Of a stretch of 42,616 nucleotides of DNA, positions 32,057-39,404 are shown piece after piece. The notes beneath the pieces were generated by a model. The model was not told the DNA's origin. It saw only the letters and a program-made list of their open reading frames with translations, and did no database searches. The DNA comes from a virus: IMG/VR virus record IMGVR_UViG_3300045988_017468. One strand, written 5' to 3'. Numbering within the stretch: position 1 is the stretch's first letter; every line of letters starts with the position of its first letter. The translations under genes were made by a program, and so were the position numbers.

Positions 32057-32500
32057 TCACTTTTCCATACCTCTGCCAAACCACTTATTTAAGTTTTTGT
32101 CTGCGCGTTTGCGTGCGCGTTCGTATGTAGAAGAGGTAATTTCTGTTTCGCTGCGGCCTTTGCCGTTTGGCTTGCTAGAGTTTCTGTATTCTTCAAGCGA
32201 CTTATACTTGAATTTTTTTGCTCTTTTAGTTCTTTTTTCCCAGTCTGCTTTTATTCCTGTTGCACGCTCTTTTAGATTGTCCTCAACCCATTTTTGTGGA
32301 TTTTCTCCGCCTCTGTTTTTTATTTTGTTAAGAAGAAGTTCTTTTGCCATCCAGTCAGGAGTATCTTTAACTTTCATATTGGATTCATATTCCATTTTTG
32401 CAAGTTCTAGTGTTTCCTGCGATGTTTTATATCCCCCTCCGATGGAAATGTTACCAAAAGAGGATTTTCTTGCTGAACTTCCGCTTCCACGTTTGCTCAT
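32057..32500 (-). CDS. Basic Lys-rich protein, paralog B, N-terminus MSKRGSGSSAR
   Basis: ORF track, 147 aa; AAGGAGG SD; AT-richer than the flanks. Confidence 0.7.
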   Translation of the reverse strand: MSKRGSGSSARKSSFGNISIGGGYKTSQETLELAKMEYESNMKVKDTPDWMAKELLLNKIKNRGGENPQKWVEDNLKERATGIKADWEKRTKRAKKFKYKSLEEYRNSSKPNGKGRSETEITSSTYERARKRADKNLNKWFGRGMEK

Positions 32501-32512
32501 TGCGCATCCTCC

Positions 32513-32923
32513 TTACTTACGGCGCTTTTCCCACTTTGGGTTGTCCACTCCAAGTTCTTTGAGAATAATATCCCTTGCGAAAGTCGTTTGCTTTGATGTA
32601 AATTCGGGCTTTGGGTAAGCATCAATATCGTGTAACACAACCGCTTTACTAATTCTTTCTTCTACCGCTTGTGTAGCAACCCAAGACTTTTTTAACCCTT
32701 CAAACGTGTAATTCTTTGCACCAGCGAAGTTTGGGTTGTTTAGAACTCGTTCTGCTTGCTCCGCATAGTTTTTGTATGTTTCTGTTTCTCTTACAAGCTT
32801 TACTGCCTGCGCGATCTGCTTACTTTCGATAGATGAAAATCCAGCCTCTTTCGCTTCGTTATAGTCCGTTTTTGAATAGTTGCCCCCCGCTCTCGCGGAG
32901 CTGCCCGAACCTCGTTTACTCAC
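32513..32923 (-). CDS. Basic protein, paralog A, N-terminus (M)SKRGSGSSAR
   Basis: GTG start 7 nt after GAGGAGG; 136 aa; AT-richer than the flanks. Confidence 0.7.
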   Translation of the reverse strand: MSKRGSGSSARAGGNYSKTDYNEAKEAGFSSIESKQIAQAVKLVRETETYKNYAEQAERVLNNPNFAGAKNYTFEGLKKSWVATQAVEERISKAVVLHDIDAYPKPEFTSKQTTFARDIILKELGVDNPKWEKRRK

Positions 32924-33539
32924 GGTATTGCCTCCTCTCGTATTGAAATGGTTTAATTTTGGTCACGTTCCAGTCGAATTCTGCCGGGCATTTCCCATAC
33001 CACAAAATGCTGCTCGGCTGCAGCACTTCCAGCGCCTTGCGGCAGTGCTTGGCGAAACATTCCGCTTCGTATGGGTCAGACTGCGTTCCGTGGCTGGAAA
33101 TGCTCACGATAGCGTTTCTCGGTTCTCCATCAAAGCACCAGTCATAGCTTTGCTCACCGCACCAGCAGAGCGTTGGAATCACATGGATTCCGTGGGCTTG
33201 CCAGTAGGCAGCCAGCCAGTGCTTTTTGTAGTGCATAAAAAGCTGCACTGCAAGCGGCATGTCGCTGTACAGAGAAAAATCAGGAGAACATACAGCACCG
33301 AACTGCTGCAAAAGCGGAATGTATTTGTCAGGGTTGTTCCAGAACCGTTCAAACTGGTAATCGTCCTTGTAAAAATGCACGCCCTTTGTGGCCTTGTCTT
33401 TGGCAGTCAGTGCATAGTTGACAGGAATCCATTCCAGCTTGTCGATTCGGATGTCCGTTTCTGGCTTGATCGCGGGGATGCCGTACTTTCCTACGCCTGG
33501 AAAAATCATTTTCTCGGTGTTTTCCATCGGCAGAATCAT
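32916..33539 (-). CDS. DUF4417-like protein
   Basis: Start at Met32 (MILPMENTEK...) behind GGAAGGGA. Motif VHFYKDDYQFERFWNNPDKYIPLLQQFGAVCSPDFSLYSDMP matches my recollection of DUF4417. Confidence 0.7.
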   Translation of the reverse strand: MILPMENTEKMIFPGVGKYGIPAIKPETDIRIDKLEWIPVNYALTAKDKATKGVHFYKDDYQFERFWNNPDKYIPLLQQFGAVCSPDFSLYSDMPLAVQLFMHYKKHWLAAYWQAHGIHVIPTLCWCGEQSYDWCFDGEPRNAIVSISSHGTQSDPYEAECFAKHCRKALEVLQPSSILWYGKCPAEFDWNVTKIKPFQYERRQYRE

Positions 33540-33601
33540 GGCATTCCCTTCCGTGCAAAAGAAAAACCGCCCGGAAATCCGAACGGTCAAAATATCGAAT
33601 A

Positions 33602-33737
33602 TGCCGTCAGCCGGATTTGAACCGGCACCCACGGAATGGATGTGCGCAGTGGTTGGCTATGCAGTGATGTTCCCGTGGTGTCACCAGCGTTGTCCCGCCT
33701 TAAATAGGCGGCGCTCTGCCAATTGAGCTATAGCGGC
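33602..33737 (-). ncRNA. 136-nt tRNA-like gene carrying a ~67-nt insertion in the variable region
   Basis: Hand fold: acceptor GCCGCTA/TGACGGC (1 mismatch), D arm GCTC-AATTGGCA-GAGC, anticodon arm CCGCC-UAUUUAA-GGCGG (A at position 33), T arm GCCGG-TTCAAAT-CCGGC. The insert contains a 6-bp stem CCACGG/CCGTGG. Confidence 0.35.
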
Positions 33738-33860
33738 ATATAAGCAGCAACGCCGTTATCTGTTTTTACCGGACAGTAAGACGTTGCCGCTGCATCTGGA
33801 ACTTTTTGCGGCCAGATGCCCCGCTACTCTCTGCATGCCGTCCCCCGGTCATGCAAAGTC

Positions 33861-33936
33861 TGGCACTCCAGGCAGGGCTCGAACCTGCAACCTGCGGTTT
33901 TGGAGACCGCTGCTCTACCACTTGAGCTGCCGGAGT
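33861..33936 (-). tRNA. tRNA-Trp (anticodon CCA)
   Basis: Canonical 76-nt cloverleaf by hand. Acceptor ACTCCGG/CTGGAGT with A1-U72 and discriminator G73, anticodon arm GCGGT-CUCCAAA-ACCGC, T arm GCAGG-TTCGAGC-CCTGC, encoded CCA. Confidence 0.93.
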
Positions 33937-33942
33937 ATAAAA

Positions 33943-34011
33943 AGCCGCCCTTGGAATCGAACCAGCCGTGCCTACACACACGCACCGCGCCCCACATTGC
34001 GCTCAGGCGGC
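33943..34011 (-). pseudogene. Degenerate tRNA-like element
   Basis: The acceptor (GCCGCCT/GGGCGGC) and D arm (GCGC/GCGC) are good. The T stem is weak, and the anticodon region is a 4-bp stem with a 10-nt loop GUGUGUGUAG. Confidence 0.25.
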
Positions 34012-34020
34012 CATATAGCA

Positions 34021-34054
34021 AATAAAAACAGCCCACGGTTCGCCGCCGGGGCTG
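34021..34054 (-). terminator. Intrinsic terminator
   Basis: Stem CAGCCC-CGG / CCG-GGGCTG, followed on the minus strand by TTTTTATTT. Confidence 0.6.
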
Positions 34055-34428
34055 CTTGAGTTGACGCACATCCTGCGGGGCATGCTGGCCCGCTCGGATT
34101 TCCGGTGCTGCTGTTCACGGGCGGAGGTTTCAGGGCGTGGGCAAGATTTCAGGAATCCCACACCCACCCGCACACCGGTGGTGAATCACTCCATGCGTCA
34201 GACATGCCGCGTTACAGACTTTGCGGCGTTCGGTGCGATGTCGCGGAGTCGAACCGCGTCCCATCTCCCGGGTCGGTGGGGCACCCAAGTGTTACATCGC
34301 ATAGAAGCAGCCCGCAAAGCACGGTGTCAAAGTGAAAAGCGTTAAGCGGCATGAACGAAAGGAGAATCCGTATGGGGCCGCGCTTTGGAAGCTGCTGAGA
34401 AGCGGCGCACCGCTTTGCGCGGTTCCGC
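34024..34428 (-). ncRNA. Candidate structured RNA of about 400 nt with an embedded tRNA-like minihelix
   Basis: Bounded by the 34464..34436 promoter and the 34054..34021 terminator. No ORF. Nested complementary segments are listed in the findings. The acceptor-like stem plus T arm lies at 34235..34300. Confidence 0.4.
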
Positions 34429-34435
34429 TTATGCC

Positions 34436-34464
34436 ATGATACAGGAAGTTAGCACAAATGTCGA
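34436..34464 (-). promoter_or_regulatory. Promoter TCGACA-17-TATCAT
   Basis: Reverse complement of 34459..34464 and 34436..34441, with an exact 17-bp spacer. Confidence 0.5.
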
Positions 34465-34503
34465 TTCAAACGGCACAAAACAAGTGTCAAAATAATGTGT
34501 GTT

Positions 34504-34995
34504 TTATTGGTCAGTTTGGATATTTTTCCAAATTTCAGCAAGCGCCTCCATCCCCTCCCGGATATAGACGGAAACGGCATTGACGTTTTTAAAACTCACG
34601 CTCTCCGCGATTTTGCGCTGGCACAGGTTCTGGACGTAATAATCATAGATGCAGTCAGCTTGTTTACGAGCACGTGCAGACCCACTCAGGCAGTAGGCTC
34701 GCCGGGCAGCCTCGGTGCGCAGTTCACAGAGATCAATCTCCATCTGCTTGAGGTTCCGCTCTTCTGTGTCGATTCTCTCCACGGCAAAGCCCACTTTGTC
34801 ACCGGCTCCGCCGCCCATCGGCATCCCGCTCATGCTCTGGGTGCACTTTTCGGCAGTATCCCGGATGCGCTGGATCTTCTGCTTCTGGGCCTCGACCTGC
34901 TCCGCCAGATCTCTGCACTGCTGAAACCACGCTTTGACGGTTCGGTAATCCGGCAGTTCCGGCTCGTTGGTTTCAGGTGTCCAGGTTTGGATCAT
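34504..34995 (-). CDS. Putative late-gene transcriptional regulator (sigma region-4-like HTH; DUF1492/ArpU/RinA-type position)
   Basis: ORF track, 163 aa. C-terminal HTH-like segment CIYDYYVQNLCQRKIAESVSFKNVNAVSVYIREGMEAL. It is the last gene before the tRNA and packaging region. Confidence 0.5.
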   Translation of the reverse strand: MIQTWTPETNEPELPDYRTVKAWFQQCRDLAEQVEAQKQKIQRIRDTAEKCTQSMSGMPMGGGAGDKVGFAVERIDTEERNLKQMEIDLCELRTEAARRAYCLSGSARARKQADCIYDYYVQNLCQRKIAESVSFKNVNAVSVYIREGMEALAEIWKNIQTDQ

Positions 34996-35369
34996 GTATC
35001 TGCCTCCATTTCTTCGATCCAGATTTCTGCTCTGGGGTTTTTCTTGTCGTAATCCACCCGGCTGCCATCGTGGGCGGCCACGATCTGGCTGTTATCGTCC
35101 GCCAGCACCTTGGCCTTTACCAGAATGTCGGTTGTAGCCTCGATGAGGTTTGCCAGATCGACCTTGCGCCGGGTGGCCATGTAGTACACGCACCGCACGT
35201 TCACGCGGGCTGTGATGGGGTTGTAAGGCCGCTTGATCTGCCACAGGCACTTTTCCTGATACTGCATGAATGCCTCGCTGGGGGCCACAATGCGGCGGTT
35301 TGCGTGGGCCTTGAGGATGCGGACGGAGTTTTTCTTTGTGCGGGGGTCACCGTAAAGGATCAGGTGCAA
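34992..35369 (-). CDS. rusA: RusA-family Holliday junction resolvase
   Basis: YGDPRTKKNS...VDLANLIEATTDILVKAKVLADDNSQIV pattern. TTG start 6 nt after GGGAGGTGA. Confidence 0.85.
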   Translation of the reverse strand: MHLILYGDPRTKKNSVRILKAHANRRIVAPSEAFMQYQEKCLWQIKRPYNPITARVNVRCVYYMATRRKVDLANLIEATTDILVKAKVLADDNSQIVAAHDGSRVDYDKKNPRAEIWIEEMEADT

Positions 35370-35608
35370 TTGTCATCACCTCCCAGTAGCTCGTTTCCAC
35401 TCAGCTTTGCTTCTGTTTCTTTTACAATTCTATCTGGTATGATATAATCACACGGAAGTTCGTTAGAAAGGCCACAACTTTCATGGCTTCCGAGGTTGTG
35501 GATGCAATCCTTACACCCGTTTTCAAATTTTGCATCACAATATCTTTGCAGGATAAGGGCCGCTTCCACAGCTTCTTTATCTGTCGGGATATAAAGCACA
35601 TTCAGCAA
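35360..35608 (-). CDS. Small Cys-rich hypothetical protein
   Basis: ORF track, 82 aa; TTG start behind GGAAGGGAGA. Confidence 0.5.
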   Translation of the reverse strand: MLNVLYIPTDKEAVEAALILQRYCDAKFENGCKDCIHNLGSHESCGLSNELPCDYIIPDRIVKETEAKLSGNELLGGDDNCT

Positions 35609-35826
35609 AAGATATCTCTCCCTTCCTGCATCCGCTTGAAGGTTTCCTCGTAGGAGTAGACCTTCGCCGGGACGAACTGCATTGTGTTTGCATCCGCCAG
35701 CATCACAACGTCCTCATGCTTTTCGATCAGCTGGCGAAGCTCTTTCATGTAGGCCACCAGCCCGCAGGCATCCGAATACGAAACGCCGCGGCTCATCAGC
35801 TGCTTGATAAACTGTTTTTGTGTCAT
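35602..35826 (-). CDS. Hypothetical protein
   Basis: ORF track, 74 aa; ATGA overlap with the upstream stop. Confidence 0.55.
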   Translation of the reverse strand: MTQKQFIKQLMSRGVSYSDACGLVAYMKELRQLIEKHEDVVMLADANTMQFVPAKVYSYEETFKRMQEGRDIFC

Positions 35827-36983
35827 GCTTTTCCTCCAATCAAATCATCAATGCACATCTGGGTAGCTTGTTCCGGCACATCTTCCCAGCCAATGCCGAT
35901 GTAGTCCAACACACGCCCCCATCCGTACCAGTTTCCGTTTTCGTCCCGGCAGACGTGTTTCATCCAGAACTCCCACTCTTTGGGATTGGTCTCTCGCAAA
36001 ATGTCGAACCGGTGTGGTCTTCCTTCAACGTGGATGCCAAACCCGCACATTGTGCAGCCGGTGCGCTGTGCCTTTGTGGTGTACAGATTTCCATCCTTGT
36101 CCCGTGCGATCTCGCCGTATTCGGCCGGAATAGGCACATTCAGATCAAGTGCAAGCTGTAAAACGTCCTGTCGATCAAAAATCGCAAATGGGGCGCTGCG
36201 GGTGGTTGTCTTGCCGAAATAGTTGCAGCCGTGCATCTTCAGGCTCTTTTCACGCCGCCCGCCCTCGCTTGCCATAAGGCCCATGTAAGGCACACTGTCG
36301 TGTTCCCTCGCCCAGTCGTTACAGGGCTTTTCCTTGAGGTAGTAGCAGCAGCGGTCAGATACTTTGAACGGCGCAGCCTGATAGCCGAGTGCCGCGCCCT
36401 CCGCATCTGCGCCGCCAAACAAGTCAAGCCATTTCTGCGGAAGCTTCATCCGGCTGTTTTTCTGCCAGCCGCCATATTCGCCGGTCTCGCCGGTGATGAT
36501 TGCATGGCGTACGGTGGCGTTTTGTTCGGTCGGGTTTTGCAGCAGCATGATCTTACCGGCTTTTTCTTTACTGATTACTGGCCAGCCAAATTCCTGCAAG
36601 ACCTGAACTTTACTTTTCAGAGGCTTCAGGAACACAAAAGACGGCGCTTCACCCTCACCTATCCAGTTCTTGTATTCGGTTTCCATCTCTGCTGCTATCT
36701 GCTTGTGCACCTGCTGCACGCCCTTGCCTTCCAGCGATGAGCAGGACACGCATGTAACGGGCAGTCCGATGCTCTCCAAAAAGTAGTGCAGCGTGATGGA
36801 ATCCAGACCTCCCACGGACAGGTGCACGCCCTTGTCGTGTTCTTTTGCCCAGTAATAGAACGCCTCGGCCATCTCTTGCGCGTGTTCCACTTTGCGCTTG
36901 TACTCCCACTTTTGCATCGTCTGAAAGCGCTCAATGTTCGCCAAAGAGCCGTTTTCAGCCATAATTTCCTGAACCGTCTTCAT
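35823..36983 (-). CDS. PAPS-reductase-family (PP-loop ATP pyrophosphatase; DndC/IbrA-like) protein
   Basis: PP-loop motif HLSVGGLDSITL near the N-terminus. C-terminal Cys cluster CTMCGFG. 386 aa. Confidence 0.8.
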   Translation of the reverse strand: MKTVQEIMAENGSLANIERFQTMQKWEYKRKVEHAQEMAEAFYYWAKEHDKGVHLSVGGLDSITLHYFLESIGLPVTCVSCSSLEGKGVQQVHKQIAAEMETEYKNWIGEGEAPSFVFLKPLKSKVQVLQEFGWPVISKEKAGKIMLLQNPTEQNATVRHAIITGETGEYGGWQKNSRMKLPQKWLDLFGGADAEGAALGYQAAPFKVSDRCCYYLKEKPCNDWAREHDSVPYMGLMASEGGRREKSLKMHGCNYFGKTTTRSAPFAIFDRQDVLQLALDLNVPIPAEYGEIARDKDGNLYTTKAQRTGCTMCGFGIHVEGRPHRFDILRETNPKEWEFWMKHVCRDENGNWYGWGRVLDYIGIGWEDVPEQATQMCIDDLIGGKA

Positions 36984-37408
36984 CCTTCACTTCTCTCCCT
37001 TGATGGTTTCTGCGGATACTGCCACTCCACCACATGGTGGATGGTGCCGCCATAGTCAGGGTTCAACCAGCCATTAAAGCCGTAGCAGTCCTTCATGTAG
37101 ACACCGACCTTGTAGCCCTCCTCTTCCGTGTACAAGAGAAGCTGTTCGCTCACGTCGCACTCAAGAGTGCCCTCGCATTTATTCTCGTCCACCTCGTGGT
37201 GCAGCAGCGGGATCTCACTGGCCGGGTGCCAGTTCAGGCAGGTGCATTTAGGGTGTGCGGTAGGTGCCGCATTGACGAGTTTTTTCACGTGCTTCAGCGC
37301 GGCTGCCACAATGTATGTCGAGGCCGCCTCACATTTCTCAGCCTCGATAATCCATTTTTCAAGATGCTGAATCACATCCTCCGCATAGATCAGGCGTTTT
37401 TCAGCCAT
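36980..37408 (-). CDS. DUF551-like protein
   Basis: Start at Met69 (MAEKRLIYAED...) with an ATGGCTGA overlap. The C-terminal W...P / VVEWQYPQKP pattern is DUF551-like. Confidence 0.55.
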   Translation of the reverse strand: MAEKRLIYAEDVIQHLEKWIIEAEKCEAASTYIVAAALKHVKKLVNAAPTAHPKCTCLNWHPASEIPLLHHEVDENKCEGTLECDVSEQLLLYTEEEGYKVGVYMKDCYGFNGWLNPDYGGTIHHVVEWQYPQKPSRERSEG

Positions 37409-37904
37409 TTTGATCAACCTCCTTCGGAGGCAAGGGCATCCAGCCCACAACCGGATAATCAACCCTGTTGTTGTAGACTTCGTCCTGATTGAAGTGGCGA
37501 TATTCCCACCACCCTTTGGGGATGATGTAATCATCATGTTCTTCATCCAGCTCGCACCATTTTTCAAGTTCATCCCAGTAAAAAATGCTATCTTCGGATA
37601 AGAGCGTTCCATCTTCGTAGTGGGCCGTTGTAATTCCGCATTCTCCAGATTCGGTCTGATACATAATCAGCACTTCTTCTTCGACCTTCGGCGGGTCGAT
37701 TTTCGGGTCTCTCCATACGGGCCGCAAGCTCTTGGGGTCAATGGTGGGGAGACTTTCGAGATCCGTCAGCTCACCTGCAACATCTTCGCAGAACAGGGTG
37801 TCAGCATCTTTTCCTTTCGCTTCTTCCTCTGCAAGGTCTTTTTTCAAGATGTTTTCCAGCTCGCCAACATCAGCCAGCCGGACAATCTTCTTTTTCTCAG
37901 CCAT
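37401..37904 (-). CDS. DUF551-like protein
   Basis: ORF track, 167 aa; C-terminus ...VVGWMPLPPKE. Confidence 0.6.
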   Translation of the reverse strand: MAEKKKIVRLADVGELENILKKDLAEEEAKGKDADTLFCEDVAGELTDLESLPTIDPKSLRPVWRDPKIDPPKVEEEVLIMYQTESGECGITTAHYEDGTLLSEDSIFYWDELEKWCELDEEHDDYIIPKGWWEYRHFNQDEVYNNRVDYPVVGWMPLPPKEVDQNG

Positions 37905-38079
37905 GTGTCAAAACCTCCGTTCTCTTGACATGGATGTCCCGGTACTCCGGGTAGTGGTCGCCCGCCATCTGGCAGGCGTGAAATTCTGCGGCCTGCTGGC
38001 TGCTGGCGGTCAGACGGTAGGTCAGGGCCGCGTCTCCTACCGGGCCGCTGCACAGCACAACAACATGATATTTAGGCAC
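37897..38079 (-). CDS. Small hypothetical protein (60 aa)
   Basis: GTG 6 nt after AAGGAGAGG, inside the longer track ORF 37897..38271. Translationally coupled at both ends. Confidence 0.45.
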   Translation of the reverse strand: MPKYHVVVLCSGPVGDAALTYRLTASSQQAAEFHACQMAGDHYPEYRDIHVKRTEVLTHG

Positions 38080-38872
38080 TCTTCGCCTCTCCTTTCTTAC
38101 GCAAAGGCCTGCGATTTGCAGCGTTTTTGAGGAAATCGGGGGCTTTTGCTGCATCTTCTGGGGGACGCGTGACCAATTTGTCACGCCCCGCCCCGATGGG
38201 GTTTGTCCTGCGGTACTCTTCCACAGACGTGCAGCCCTGCCGGGCGGCTTCCGCCAGCGCCTTGCGGACATAGGCCCAGCTGTGGCCGCCCAGATCCTCG
38301 CACTTGCGGATGATCTCGGTCACAAGGTCAGCGCCCAGGCGCTCAACGTAAACGGGCAGCTCTTTCTTGCCTGTTTCGCTCAGCTTTCCGATACGGTCCC
38401 GGAATTCTTCAAAAACAATGGTCGTCGTCAAGTCGTCTCGCGCATCCGCGCGCGTGTCGGAGTCTACGATAGTAGACGACGACTGTACTTTGTACTTTGT
38501 ACTTTGACCTTTGTACTTTGGTGTGCATTTGGTTTCTGCCGGTTTCTCCGGAAAACCATTTGGTTTCTCTCGGTTTTCTGCAATAACCATTTGGTTTTTT
38601 TCGGTTTTCTTGGGTCTGCCGCCTTTACTGCCGGATTCTCTATGAGACAAAACGGAACGTTGATACGTTTTAATATTCTCGTCCATGAACGGTCGAAGTG
38701 CTTCAAAAGCCATCTGTTCCAGAGGTTCCAGTCCATCCGGTTCCTCTCCGTGCTCCACATACCGCCGCATCTTGGTGATGGTATTTTTGTACTGCTCAGG
38801 TGGAAGAATATCCAAAATCACAAATTTGTCGAATGGAATCATCAACGCTTTCGGCCTGATTTCATCGTCCAC
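38072..38872 (-). CDS. Replisome organizer / DnaD-domain replication initiation protein
   Basis: GTG start behind GGAGGTG. C-terminal LPVYVERLGADLVTEIIRKCEDLGGHSWAYVRKALAEAARQG is DnaD/DnaB_2-like. The gene contains the iteron block. Confidence 0.7.
   Translation of the reverse strand: MDDEIRPKALMIPFDKFVILDILPPEQYKNTITKMRRYVEHGEEPDGLEPLEQMAFEALRPFMDENIKTYQRSVLSHRESGSKGGRPKKTEKNQMVIAENREKPNGFPEKPAETKCTPKYKGQSTKYKVQSSSTIVDSDTRADARDDLTTTIVFEEFRDRIGKLSETGKKELPVYVERLGADLVTEIIRKCEDLGGHSWAYVRKALAEAARQGCTSVEEYRRTNPIGAGRDKLVTRPPEDAAKAPDFLKNAANRRPLRKKGEAKSA
38484..38612. repeat. Iteron block inside the organizer gene: 5 x 7-bp TGTACTT plus 3 x ~25-bp CATTTGGTTT.T..CGGTTT(T)CT at 31-bp spacing
   Basis: Heptamers at 38484-38518 (one degenerate). 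Long iterons start at 38526, 38557 and 38588. The palindrome GTCTACGATAGTAGAC lies at 38462-38477. Confidence 0.8.
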
Positions 38873-38924
38873 GGTGCACCTCCTTCCTTACACGCCCGTA
38901 TAGCCAGATAGCACAGCTGGGAGG

Positions 38925-39404
38925 TCAGAACGGGAGATCGCCGTCGTCTGTGATCTCTGCGAAATCATCCGCGGAACCCTGCGAGAAGTTCTGCGCCGCC
39001 TGCGGGGCGCTGTGAGAGGCTTTTGCTTCGGAAGTATAACTTTCCGTCTGCTGGTCGAAATCGCGCACAGCGGGCTTGTCTGCCGCCTTTGGTCCGCAAA
39101 AGCTGACGTTGTTTGCCAGAACCTCCACTTTCGTGCGGTTGCTGCCCTGCTTGTCCTGATACGAGCGGGTCTGGATACTGCCGTCAATGGCGATCATGCT
39201 GCCCTTCTGGAAGTACTTGCAGATAAACTCTGCCGTCTGCCGCCAGGCAACGATATCGATAAAATCGGCCTTGCGTTCCTCGCCCTTCGGGGTATATGTA
39301 CGGTCAACCGCAATGCTGAAGCTGCACACGCTGGTGCCGTTCTGGGTGGTCTTCAGCTCCGGGGTATGGGTAAGGCGGCCCATCAATGCCACGATGTTAA
39401 GCAT
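38925..39404 (-). CDS. ssb: Single-stranded DNA-binding protein
   Basis: OB-fold N-terminus MLNIVALMGRLTHTPELKTTQNGTSVCSFSIAVDR and acidic tail DDGDLPF. Confidence 0.95.
   Translation of the reverse strand: MLNIVALMGRLTHTPELKTTQNGTSVCSFSIAVDRTYTPKGEERKADFIDIVAWRQTAEFICKYFQKGSMIAIDGSIQTRSYQDKQGSNRTKVEVLANNVSFCGPKAADKPAVRDFDQQTESYTSEAKASHSAPQAAQNFSQGSADDFAEITDDGDLPF

Noticed and set aside
32057-32923. Recent tandem duplication as the explanation for the identical N-termini of the two paralogs
   Set aside because: The DNA encoding the shared 11 residues differs at 8 of 10 codons and the rest of the proteins has diverged. The duplication is therefore old and the peptide is under selection.
34024-34428. 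tmRNA or RNase P RNA
   Set aside because: The tRNA-like acceptor and T-arm module lies in the middle of the RNA and is not formed by its 5' and 3' ends. No tag reading frame or RNase P P4-type conserved sequences are visible.
37844-38271. Track ORFs 37844..38053 and the full-length 37897..38271
   Set aside because: The first is Arg/Pro-rich noise. The 5' two-thirds of the second overlaps the DnaD-like gene out of frame. Only the SD-preceded GTG-initiated 60-aa 3' portion is retained.
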